Assembly: GCF_023169545.1 (NCBI RefSeq)
Contig: NZ_AP019769.1
Location: 270,001-302,000 of the forward strand
Origin: Nanobdella aerobiophila
GTDB taxonomy: Archaea > Nanobdellota > Nanobdellia > Nanobdellales > Nanobdellaceae
Direction: 5' to 3'
Length of the DNA stretch: 32,000 bases
This document shows, piece after piece, positions 1 to 7,768 of this stretch. Position 1 is the first letter of the stretch, and the number at the start of each line of letters is the position of its first letter. The position numbers and the translations under genes are program-made. The notes below the pieces were generated by a model. It was not told the DNA's origin. It did no database searches and saw only the letters and a list, made by a program, of their open reading frames with translations.

Positions 1-122
1 TCCATGTTATCTATGATCTCTTTTATAGACTTTATATTATTTTTTATATTTTTTAAAACCTGAATTTCTCTTTTATTTAATTCAATATCATGGTCTTCTG
101 CATCTCTTATAGGATCAACCAT
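1..122 (-). CDS. hypothetical protein, N-terminal part only (continues off left edge); possible HTH regulator
   Basis: Not in the ORF track because it is partial. A minus-strand ATG at 122-120 opens a stop-free frame to position 1: MVDPIRDAEDHDIELNKREIQVLKNIKNNIKSIKEIIDNM. It begins 24 nt after the stop of the same-strand gene 146..454. The HTH resemblance is weak. Confidence 0.35.
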   Translation of the reverse strand, partial: MVDPIRDAEDHDIELNKREIQVLKNIKNNIKSIKEIIDNM

Positions 123-145
123 AATTTAAAGAAATATTTGTTTAT

Positions 146-454
146 TTATAAATTTAATTCTATTTTATTATCATATTCTTTTGTTATATCCCATATTCTT
201 AATTTTTTACTATATATACTTTTTGGTTCTTTTGTATTATCATCTATAACCAACACTATAGTTCCTGTAATTAATTTATTTTGTCCAATACTCTCTTCTA
301 TTTTGAATCCAAATCTTTGTAGTAATTTTGTGAATTCTTTTTTATATTTATTTATAATATCCTTATCTTTTGCTGATATTGCTCCATAAAAATTTCTAAT
401 AAAACTCCTACCAGTTGGATTAACAGGCCTTAATATTTCTATTTCTATCTCCAT
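146..454 (-). CDS. hypothetical protein (102 aa)
   Basis: Clean ORF with an ATG start and an AT-rich upstream region. No family recognised by eye. The antisense ORF 90..389 looks like a shadow frame. Confidence 0.55.
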   Translation of the reverse strand: MEIEIEILRPVNPTGRSFIRNFYGAISAKDKDIINKYKKEFTKLLQRFGFKIEESIGQNKLITGTIVLVIDDNTKEPKSIYSKKLRIWDITKEYDNKIELNL

Positions 455-499
455 AAAATTTTATTAATAAATAAAAATTTAAAGATAATAGATCTTTAG

Positions 500-1171
500 A
501 TGAAAATATTAGTTAGTAGTGATCTCCATTTACCATATAATATGAAGGAAATTTATGATTCTATAAATAAGATAGATGAGAATATAGATATTATAATACT
601 TGCTGGTGATATTATAGATAATAAGCAGCATATATATTTAAAAAAGATATATTATATGCTTAATCAAAAATTTAATAATAAAAAAATATTTTCTACATTT
701 GGAAATAATGAAGCTTCTTTTTTATTAGATGATAAAAATTATAAGGACTATTATAAAAAGGAATATAACAGTTTTATATGGTTGGATTATGATTTTTATG
801 ATTTGGGAGATTACTATATAGTTGGTTTTGAGGGATTTCCGGATAGAACTTGGAAATTGAGTAATATATCAGAGATAAAAAAATATTATATAAGTAAATT
901 AAGAAGTATATTCGAGAAATTAGACAAAAAGATAATAGTATTTTCTCATTATGGACTCTCAAGAGATACTGTATTAGGTGATCCTGGTCCTTTATGGGCT
1001 TTGTATTCTCCTGATATACAAAACTTGATAGAAGAATATTCTGATAAAATTATTATTGGTTTTCATGGTCATGTTCATCAGGCTGCGAATATAAGAGCTA
1101 AATTAAATAATACAGAAATTTATAATGTTGCATTTCCTATACATAAAAGATTTTTAATATTTGAAGTCTAA
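500..1171 (+). CDS. calcineurin-like metallophosphoesterase
   Basis: Ordered metallophosphoesterase motifs are present: SSDLH (D-x-H), AGDIID (GD), GNNE (GNHE variant), FSHYG, GFHGHVH (GH-x-H). Confidence 0.85.
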   Translation: MKILVSSDLHLPYNMKEIYDSINKIDENIDIIILAGDIIDNKQHIYLKKIYYMLNQKFNNKKIFSTFGNNEASFLLDDKNYKDYYKKEYNSFIWLDYDFYDLGDYYIVGFEGFPDRTWKLSNISEIKKYYISKLRSIFEKLDKKIIVFSHYGLSRDTVLGDPGPLWALYSPDIQNLIEEYSDKIIIGFHGHVHQAANIRAKLNNTEIYNVAFPIHKRFLIFEV

Positions 1172-1180
1172 TTTTTATTT

Positions 1181-2215
1181 GTGGAATGTTCTATATTTAA
1201 AGAAGTAAATAATTATCTAAAAGATTATAGCGAATTGTATAATTTTTTTAATCAATATAAAGACAGGATATTATTTAAGGATAAAAGGGAGATAAAAGAG
1301 AAAGATTTCCTTGTAGAAGCTTACTTTAGTTATAAAGAAAATAATATTATTCTGCCGAATGAGTTTTGTAATGTAAAAAAATCTATGATCTTTAAATATA
1401 AATACTATTATTCTTTATATGCTTTTATTCATGAACTAATACATGCATATGACTATAATAAATTAAATATTTTTGACCCTAAGGTAGGGGAATTAAAAGC
1501 AGTTGCTCTGGCTCTGGTAATCATAAATAATACATATATATCAAAGAAGGTTATAAAACAAACTTATAATATTAATCCATTGAATTATGTATATATTAAT
1601 GCCTTAAATTATCTAATTATAGGATTTAATTCTTCTTATAATAATATAAAGGAGATTTTTAGATCAATAAATAGATCTACTTTAGATGATAAGTTGAATA
1701 ATACTAAAGATATTTTATATAATTATCTCTTAAGTAAAATAGATACAATAGTAATATATGATATTAAATTGCATAATTATGAAAGACTTCATGAAGATAT
1801 ATCAAAAATTATAAAGGAATTGGTTGAAAATGATTATAATCCAAAAGATTATAGCTCATTGGATAGGATCTTAAATAAAATCTTAGAGTATTTAAGGGCA
1901 TTCTATAGAAATGAAGCTTTCATATTAATAGATAAGATTTTCAGATATATAAACTCTTATTATATAGGAGCTAGATTAGGTTATTTTTTATTAAAGATAT
2001 CTAAAAATCAGAGAAGATATTATTTTTATGAGATTTTAAATATAAGAAGTCTTAATGAACTTATAGATATAGTAAAAGAAATAGAAATAAATTATGGATT
2101 TAATGGTAAAATATATATTTCTATTTTTGCAGATGATAGGAGACTTAAAGAGTTGAAAAGAAAATATGAAAAATTTTCATTAAAATTTGGAGAGAAATTT
2201 ATGAAAGGAACATAG
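1181..2215 (+). CDS. hypothetical protein with HExxH motif (possible zinc metallopeptidase-like)
   Basis: 344-aa ORF with a GTG start 10 nt after the previous stop. It contains FIHELIHAYDY (HExxH). No other recognisable family signature. Confidence 0.55.
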   Translation: MECSIFKEVNNYLKDYSELYNFFNQYKDRILFKDKREIKEKDFLVEAYFSYKENNIILPNEFCNVKKSMIFKYKYYYSLYAFIHELIHAYDYNKLNIFDPKVGELKAVALALVIINNTYISKKVIKQTYNINPLNYVYINALNYLIIGFNSSYNNIKEIFRSINRSTLDDKLNNTKDILYNYLLSKIDTIVIYDIKLHNYERLHEDISKIIKELVENDYNPKDYSSLDRILNKILEYLRAFYRNEAFILIDKIFRYINSYYIGARLGYFLLKISKNQRRYYFYEILNIRSLNELIDIVKEIEINYGFNGKIYISIFADDRRLKELKRKYEKFSLKFGEKFMKGT

Positions 2216-2238
2216 GAAATAAAAGTAATTTTTATATA

Positions 2239-2339
2239 TGTCGCCGGGGGGAATTGAACCCCCGACCTCTTGGTTTCTCACAGACTCATCTTATCCTTTG
2301 GTTATGAGCCAAGCGCTCTGACCTCTGAGCTACGGCGAC
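2239..2339 (-). tRNA. tRNA-Met (CAU; could be Ile2-type CAU), elongator, with ~28-nt intron at canonical 37/38 position
   Basis: The minus strand reads GTCGCCG TA GCTC AGAGGTCA GAGC G CTTGG CTCATA[intron ACCAAAGGATAAGATGAGTCTGTGAGAA]A CCAAG AGGTC GGGGG TTCAATT CCCCC CGGCGAC A. All stems pair. The intron segment ATGAG can pair with CTCAT of the anticodon loop, as in a bulge-helix-bulge substrate. G1-C72 and the non-GGG anticodon stem argue against an initiator tRNA. Confidence 0.85.
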
Positions 2340-2363
2340 ATATTTTGTTAAGTAAATTATAAG

Positions 2364-2373
2364 TTTTATAAAA
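2364..2373. promoter_or_regulatory. palindromic TATA-like element TTTTATAAAA shared by divergent tRNA-Met and rps11
   Basis: The element centre lies about 29 nt from the tRNA 5' end (2339) and about 25 nt from the rps11 ATG (2394). This spacing fits archaeal TATA-to-start distances and leaderless transcripts. TATA-like strings are frequent in such an AT-rich background. Confidence 0.3.
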
Positions 2374-2393
2374 GTTTTATTTATAAAAGAACT

Positions 2394-2789
2394 ATGGCAG
2401 ATAAGGAGAGGTGGGGTATTGCATGGATATATTCAAATAAAAATAATACAATAGTTCATATTACAGATATCACCGGTTCTGAAACATTTTCTATAGGTTC
2501 TGGAGGTATGGTTGTATTAGCTCAAAGGCTTGAAGGTACACCAACTGCAGCAATTTTAGCAGCTAAGAATGCGGCACAGAAAGCTATGGAGAAAGGAATT
2601 ACAGGTGTTCATGTAAGAGTAAGAGCTCCTGGTGGACATAATGGTCCGTGGGTACCAACGCCCTCTGCTCAATTTGCAATAAAAACATTAATTACTTCGG
2701 GGTTAAAAGTTGGTGTCGTAGAAGATATAACTCCAATACCACATGATCATTGTAGGAGGAAGGGTGGTAAGAGGGGTAGAAGATTATAA
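2394..2789 (+). CDS. rps11: 30S ribosomal protein S11 (uS11)
   Basis: Full-length match to the archaeal S11 pattern: [26 protein letters not shown]...SGGMVV...[14 protein letters not shown]...[10 protein letters not shown]...GGKRGRRL. Confidence 0.95.
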   Translation: MADKERWGIAWIYSNKNNTIVHITDITGSETFSIGSGGMVVLAQRLEGTPTAAILAAKNAAQKAMEKGITGVHVRVRAPGGHNGPWVPTPSAQFAIKTLITSGLKVGVVEDITPIPHDHCRRKGGKRGRRL

Positions 2790-2855
2790 ATTTTTTATTT
2801 TATATAAATATCAATAAATTTCTTTATAGCTCTTTTTATTGCAAATAAATAAAAT

Positions 2856-3941
2856 TTAATTTTCTTCATTTATAGATAATTTTTTTTCGAAAAAATCAAA
2901 TAAATCTTTTATATTATTTTCATATATCAGTCCTCCCGCTGCTTTTGGATGACCACCACCGCTGATACCATATTTTTTTGAAAATTCATTCATTAATATT
3001 CCAACATCTATCTTTTTATTATTTTGATATCTTACTGATACTGCATATTTTCTTTTTCCTTTTTTAAATAATCTATTAAATAGACCTTTATCCTTTAGAG
3101 ATAATACTATTATTAATTTATTTGGCTTAAATGCGGATACTACGGTAGATAATACACCAGAGGATTTAGCTTCAAATGCAACCATCTTCTCTGATTCATA
3201 TAATTTTTTAGAATCAGATATTCCTGTATAATATCTTAATCCACCTTTTTTTAATTTTTTAATGTCTATTTCTTTTATAAAATCTTCTATACTTAATGCC
3301 TTATCTATATTCTCTGCTATATCATATGGATGTGCTATTAAAAATAAGTAAAAATATACAAAATATGGCATTGTAAAATTAACTCCATTATATAATGATC
3401 TATAGTTTTTTATTAAATCTTTTATTAATTCTTCATCATTTTCGAACATAAAATCGCCTATAGCACCTATGGATGCTATTAATGAATATCTTCCGAATTC
3501 GTTATTGAATATATTTTTTCCTATTTTATATACTATACTTGTTGTACATATTTCCATATTAAATAATGCTCTTACATCAAAATATATCATATTTTCTGGA
3601 ATATTATCTGGAACCTTTCTTTTATGGTGGTCTAAATATATAAAATTTATATTATTATTTTTTTCAGCAAATTTTAATAATTGAATATCATCCATTGGAG
3701 TATCTAGGAATATTATTGTTTTTATATCTTTGTTATTATTTATTATTCCATATAATATCCTTGTTAAATCTTTATTGTTTTCTCCCTTCAACCTGAAATA
3801 TTCCATATATTTTTTATTTAATTTATTTAGTATTATTTTCATTAAACTTAAAGACATCTTTCCATCCAAATCACTATCAGCTACTATTAGTATTTTTTCT
3901 TCTGAATTTTTAATTATATCCGAAACTTCCTTAAAATCCAT
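2856..3941 (-). CDS. DHH/DHHA1 family phosphoesterase (RecJ-like / NrnA-like), catalytic motifs intact
   Basis: Motifs present: ILIVADSDLDG (DxD), FLDTP, LDHH (DHH), and GGGHPKAAGG (DHHA1 GGGH) near the C-terminus. Confidence 0.85.
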   Translation of the reverse strand: MDFKEVSDIIKNSEEKILIVADSDLDGKMSLSLMKIILNKLNKKYMEYFRLKGENNKDLTRILYGIINNNKDIKTIIFLDTPMDDIQLLKFAEKNNNINFIYLDHHKRKVPDNIPENMIYFDVRALFNMEICTTSIVYKIGKNIFNNEFGRYSLIASIGAIGDFMFENDEELIKDLIKNYRSLYNGVNFTMPYFVYFYLFLIAHPYDIAENIDKALSIEDFIKEIDIKKLKKGGLRYYTGISDSKKLYESEKMVAFEAKSSGVLSTVVSAFKPNKLIIVLSLKDKGLFNRLFKKGKRKYAVSVRYQNNKKIDVGILMNEFSKKYGISGGGHPKAAGGLIYENNIKDLFDFFEKKLSINEEN

Positions 3942-3977
3942 AAAATAAATAAAATATCCTATATATTTATAAGTAAT

Positions 3978-4050
3978 GCTCCGATAGCTCAGTTGGTAGA
4001 GCGATGGATTCGTAATCCATAGGTCTCGGGTTCGAATCCCGATCGGAGCA
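3978..4050 (+). tRNA. tRNA-Thr (CGU)
   Basis: GCTCCGA TA GCTC AGTTGGTA GAGC G ATGGA TTCGTAA TCCAT AGGTC TCGGG TTCGAAT CCCGA TCGGAGC A. Perfect cloverleaf of 73 nt. Confidence 0.95.
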
Positions 4051-4051
4051 C

Positions 4052-4756
4052 TTATCTCCTATTTTTGTTTCTATAATAATATTGGTAATTATTATAGTAA
4101 TTATAATTACCATACTGATTATTATAAGCATTATTATAGTATCTATTGTAGTTTTGATAATTATAATTTTGTCCATAGTTATTTGAGTAATTATATTGAT
4201 TATAATCTTGATAATTATTATTTATATCATAATTATTATCATCCTGTTCTATCTCTTCATCTATAAATGATGGTAAATATTTATCTATTAAGTATACAAT
4301 TAAATATATTATAGGAAAGAAAGCTATTATAGATATTATATTATTTATATTAAAACTGGACAGGTTATACATAAAAGGAGTTAGAAATATCTGAAAATAT
4401 GCGAATACTCCTGTCTTTCCCAATAATTTTGCAATTTTTTTTCTTTTAGCAGCAGATATTAATATAAAAATTGATAATGATAAGAACCCCAATGCTATAA
4501 ATAATTTTGGTAGATCATAAATATTACTTGTTTCATATAATTCTCTTAACCAATCTATAGATACCCAAGAAAAGATTATACTATTCGCCAATGCATGACT
4601 ATAGTGTATACCTTCTTTTTCTACGAAGTATTCCATACTAATCCAAGTAATATATGTAGGATAAGTAATCCATATAATTTGTAGATTTGTTATGGTAAGG
4701 ATTAGGATATTTAACCATGAATCTACTATATTTAGTAATATAATTGTTATATCCAT
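4052..4756 (-). CDS. multi-pass membrane protein with C-terminal Asn/Tyr/Gln-rich low-complexity tail
   Basis: Several hydrophobic segments in residues 1-165. The last ~67 aa are almost only N, Y, Q and D (NNYDINNNYQDYNQYNYSNNYGQNYNYQNYNRYYNNAYNNQYGNYNYYNNYQYYYRNKNRR). The stop codon lies 1 nt from the 3' end of the convergent tRNA-Thr. Confidence 0.7.
   Translation of the reverse strand: MDITIILLNIVDSWLNILILTITNLQIIWITYPTYITWISMEYFVEKEGIHYSHALANSIIFSWVSIDWLRELYETSNIYDLPKLFIALGFLSLSIFILISAAKRKKIAKLLGKTGVFAYFQIFLTPFMYNLSSFNINNIISIIAFFPIIYLIVYLIDKYLPSFIDEEIEQDDNNYDINNNYQDYNQYNYSNNYGQNYNYQNYNRYYNNAYNNQYGNYNYYNNYQYYYRNKNRR
4055..4255 (-). repeat. coding low-complexity tract (AAT/TAT codon-rich) encoding the N/Y-rich tail
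   Basis: Cryptic tandem reiteration of ATT/ATA/GTA triplets on the plus strand. It translates on the minus strand to N/Y/Q repeats. Confidence 0.6.
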
Positions 4757-4819
4757 AATATATATTTAGGAAATTTTGTAATATATTAATTTTTTAAATA
4801 TTATTTGGAAGATAAGTAT

Positions 4820-5425
4820 ATGGGTTTAGGAATCGCATTTTATGTATTATTCATGTTAATTGATATTATAATATCTATCTGGAATTCATATAATGTTGGA
4901 AGATCTTTAGAATATATGAGAATAAATAATATATATAATGATTGGCCTCGATTAGTCTCTTATTCTACATTGGTTTTATCATTTGCTGGTGCAGCATATG
5001 GCACTACAGGAATATTATCTATAATAGCATATTATTTCTCATATATAAGTTCTAATACCTTAATTTCAGTTCTATCATTATCATTCTTAGTTTTTGGATT
5101 ATTAATTATATTATTTGGTATAGTGGTTACAGTTAATAGTATTATAGTAGCATATAAAACAAGAAACTTTTGGTCCGTCCTTGTAGCATTATTTAATAGT
5201 ATATCAACAATCTGGAATATATTTATATACATAGAAGGATTTTCTTATGCCATAGAATCATTAAGGGACATATCTAATGATAGAGATTCGCAAAATGCGC
5301 TTGCATTGATAATTATCGCTGCAGTATTAATATCATTTTTCTTAGTTTATGGTGCATATAAATATGGAAAATATTCATTGTACAAGAATACTGTAAGTAT
5401 TAATCCATCGCCAATAGACTATTAA
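4820..5425 (+). CDS. integral membrane protein (about 5 predicted TM segments), unknown function
   Basis: The ORF track starts at TTG 4805. The in-frame ATG at 4820 (MGLGIAFYVLFMLIDIII...) is the more likely start. Hydrophobic segments run throughout. Confidence 0.7.
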   Translation: MGLGIAFYVLFMLIDIIISIWNSYNVGRSLEYMRINNIYNDWPRLVSYSTLVLSFAGAAYGTTGILSIIAYYFSYISSNTLISVLSLSFLVFGLLIILFGIVVTVNSIIVAYKTRNFWSVLVALFNSISTIWNIFIYIEGFSYAIESLRDISNDRDSQNALALIIIAAVLISFFLVYGAYKYGKYSLYKNTVSINPSPIDY

Positions 5426-5988
5426 TGAAGAATATACAATTTTATGGTAAATATTTAGAAGATATATTATCCGGTAAGAAAAGAATAACGATAAGACTAT
5501 CGAAGGGGGGTTTTAAGATTGGTGATATATTTATACTTCACGCAGGCGGAAAAGCAATTGGAAAGTATAGAATAAAAAATATATATACTAAGAAGTTGTA
5601 TCAGATTACGGATGAAGAGGCTAAATTGGATGGATATAATAATAAAGAAGAGCTTATTAATGAAATTTTAAGAATATATAAAAATATAAATATTAAAAAA
5701 GAGGTTGTAATAATTGAATTTGAACCATTAGAAATATTTAAAACAGATATATCTTCTGAAGAATATGCATGGGGTGGGCAAAAGGTAGATATCATAAAAT
5801 TGGCGAATTTAATATTAAAATATGATGACCAATTAACTTCAAGGCATAAAGAACTATTAAATATATTAATAAAAGAAGGAAGCCTTAGAAAAGCTGCATT
5901 ATCCCTAGGTAATATAAAAAAGAGAAATTTATTTAGAAAAATATTAAAAAAAGGATATGAAAGATTGAAAAAGAAAAAGATTATATAA
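5425..5988 (+). CDS. ASCH (PUA-like) domain protein fused to C-terminal HTH
   Basis: The N-terminus (FYGKYLEDILSGKKRITIRL...GDIFILHAGGKAIGKYRIKNIY...ITDEEAKLDGY) fits the ASCH pattern. The C-terminus (LTSRHKELLNILIKEGSLRKAALSLGNIKKRNLFRKILKKGYERLKK) resembles a LuxR/sigma-70 region 4 type HTH. The start overlaps the previous stop by 1 nt. Confidence 0.7.
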   Translation: MKNIQFYGKYLEDILSGKKRITIRLSKGGFKIGDIFILHAGGKAIGKYRIKNIYTKKLYQITDEEAKLDGYNNKEELINEILRIYKNINIKKEVVIIEFEPLEIFKTDISSEEYAWGGQKVDIIKLANLILKYDDQLTSRHKELLNILIKEGSLRKAALSLGNIKKRNLFRKILKKGYERLKKKKII

Positions 5989-7357
5989 TATTTTCTTGTC
6001 TTAAACTGATCTTTATACTTTTTATGAATTCTTCATAATTATTTATATCTAATAAAAATCCACCAAAGTTATCAAAACTAGAATATGATATAATCTTATT
6101 TTCAAATAATCTTCTTATAATATTATTTATTATTCTTTTATTTTCAATTTTTGATCTTATTAATCCTCTATAATAATTATTATTCTTAAATAATACTATT
6201 ATTGCCTTATCTTTTAGTATCCCTTCTTTTATTAATAAATCAACCAATAAGGATATATAATAACCATTACCATAATTTTTTTCAATTTTTATTATTTTTA
6301 TACCATTTTCATTAATTGTTTCAAATTTATTCTCTATTATATCATATAAAGATTTTGAAAAATTTGATCTAAATATAGTCTCAGAATCTTTTAATATATC
6401 TATTGGTATTTTTTTGAGGAAATATAGTATTCCATATAAATTTTTTGATTCTATTAAACTTTCTATAGAATATAGTACTTCATTTAAATCTCCAATTTCA
6501 GTATTTTTATTTATTTTATATAATTTTCCTATTAAATCTTCAGTTCTATTCAAATTATATTTTAATTTTAATTTTATTATATTACTAACTATTTTCTTTA
6601 TATCCTCCTCTGATACATCTTCGTACATGATATTTGCAGTTCCTTTTTTATCTACATTTATACCTTTCAATAAATCTAAAGCTTTTTCATCACTTCCAGT
6701 AATATATGGTATATAAAAATTATATGAATTACTTATAGATTTATATAATGGCTTTTTATATATCCCGGGTAGATTTAATCCTAGATTTTCTATAATTAAC
6801 TCATCTTCTTTTAGTTCATTCAAAATTTCATTATTTATATTAGAAAAATCATATATATTACCAATTAAAGATAAATATAATAGCTCTTTATTATGAGACA
6901 TATTTTTAGATATATAATATAATATATTTGAGGTAGATACTTCCTTATAAGAATCAAGATTAAATATCGTGGGATTTAGGTTTACAACACTATTGATTTC
7001 TAGATCCTTGGATACTAAATAATGATGATCTATTATATATATTTTTTTATTTATATCTTTATTCATTTTTATTAGTATATCTGAAAATATAGATCCAGTA
7101 TCTATAAAAAATATATTATCATATTCATAAGAATCTTTTTCATATAATAAGGATCTTACTTCATCGTATTTTATAGAATCTATATACGTTAGATGTACTT
7201 CTGCATTTTTTCTATATAGAGAATTTAGTAACAATATAGAAGAAGATATTCCATCAGGATTCAAAGATGAAAATATCAGGAAACTTTTATTATTTTCTAT
7301 TTCTTTCTCTATTTTATTTGTTAAATCTTCTATATATGATAAAAATCTATTGTTCAT
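5981..7357 (-). CDS. RecJ-like DHH-fold protein with degenerate catalytic motifs (Cdc45/RecJdbh-like candidate)
   Basis: IYIIDHHY keeps the DHH motif. The N-terminal DxD position reads SSLNPDG, and the DHHA1 GGGH position reads NFGGFLL. The start overlaps the rps15 stop (ATGA, 7354-7357). Confidence 0.7.
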   Translation of the reverse strand: MNNRFLSYIEDLTNKIEKEIENNKSFLIFSSLNPDGISSSILLLNSLYRKNAEVHLTYIDSIKYDEVRSLLYEKDSYEYDNIFFIDTGSIFSDILIKMNKDINKKIYIIDHHYLVSKDLEINSVVNLNPTIFNLDSYKEVSTSNILYYISKNMSHNKELLYLSLIGNIYDFSNINNEILNELKEDELIIENLGLNLPGIYKKPLYKSISNSYNFYIPYITGSDEKALDLLKGINVDKKGTANIMYEDVSEEDIKKIVSNIIKLKLKYNLNRTEDLIGKLYKINKNTEIGDLNEVLYSIESLIESKNLYGILYFLKKIPIDILKDSETIFRSNFSKSLYDIIENKFETINENGIKIIKIEKNYGNGYYISLLVDLLIKEGILKDKAIIVLFKNNNYYRGLIRSKIENKRIINNIIRRLFENKIISYSSFDNFGGFLLDINNYEEFIKSIKISLRQENII

Positions 7358-7737
7358 GAAGATGCATACATCTTTGCTAGATCTCTAGAATACTCAAAAG
7401 ATTTTGGTAATTTATTTCTTTTCTTATAATATTTTATTAATGATAATACTTGGGTTTCTATCTCCTCTAATGATTTTTTTGTAACCTTATCCTGTTTGTT
7501 ACTTTCTAGATGTTTTAATATTTTACTTATTCTCTTTAATAAGAATAATAAATCTTCTGGTATATCATATTTTATATTTATAGATTTCATATATCTGGTA
7601 ATTTTCGTTTTATATAACTCTTTAAAATTTACACCCTTTTGATCTTTTATATATTTACCTATGTATGATGAAGTATAACCTTTATTATGCAAATCTTTTA
7701 TTATATTGTCAATTTCTTCCTTTGATACATCTTCCAT
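7354..7737 (-). CDS. rps15: 30S ribosomal protein S15 (uS15/S13e), lacking the usual basic N-terminal extension
   Basis: IPEDLLFLLKRISKILKHLESNKQDKVTKKSLEEIETQVLSLIKYYKKRNKLP matches the archaeal S15 core (HLE.N.KDK.SKRGL...L..YYKR...LP). An upstream in-frame TAG precludes a longer N-terminus. Confidence 0.8.
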   Translation of the reverse strand: MEDVSKEEIDNIIKDLHNKGYTSSYIGKYIKDQKGVNFKELYKTKITRYMKSINIKYDIPEDLLFLLKRISKILKHLESNKQDKVTKKSLEEIETQVLSLIKYYKKRNKLPKSFEYSRDLAKMYASS

Positions 7738-7768
7738 AAATACCTAGATTATAAAAATATTAAAAAAA

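Noticed and set aside
90-389. Track ORFs lying antisense to, or nested in, stronger genes: 90..389, 774..962, 3469..3684, 3730..3948, 5032..5232, 5601..5795, 6414..6716, 11553..11795, 13019..13201, 17134..17541, 18500..18709, 21052..21303, 21216..21404, 22106..22411, 30121..30474, 30510..30752
   Set aside because: Each is fully overlapped by an ORF on the opposite strand that has clear family motifs or much greater length. Their products are low-complexity (F/L/I/S/N-rich), as expected from shadow frames of AT-rich coding DNA.
3967-4176. 69-aa minus-strand ORF
   Set aside because: Its C-terminal part is simply the antisense of tRNA-Thr (3978-4050). The rest is an alternative frame of the N/Y-tail repeat of the 4052..4756 gene.
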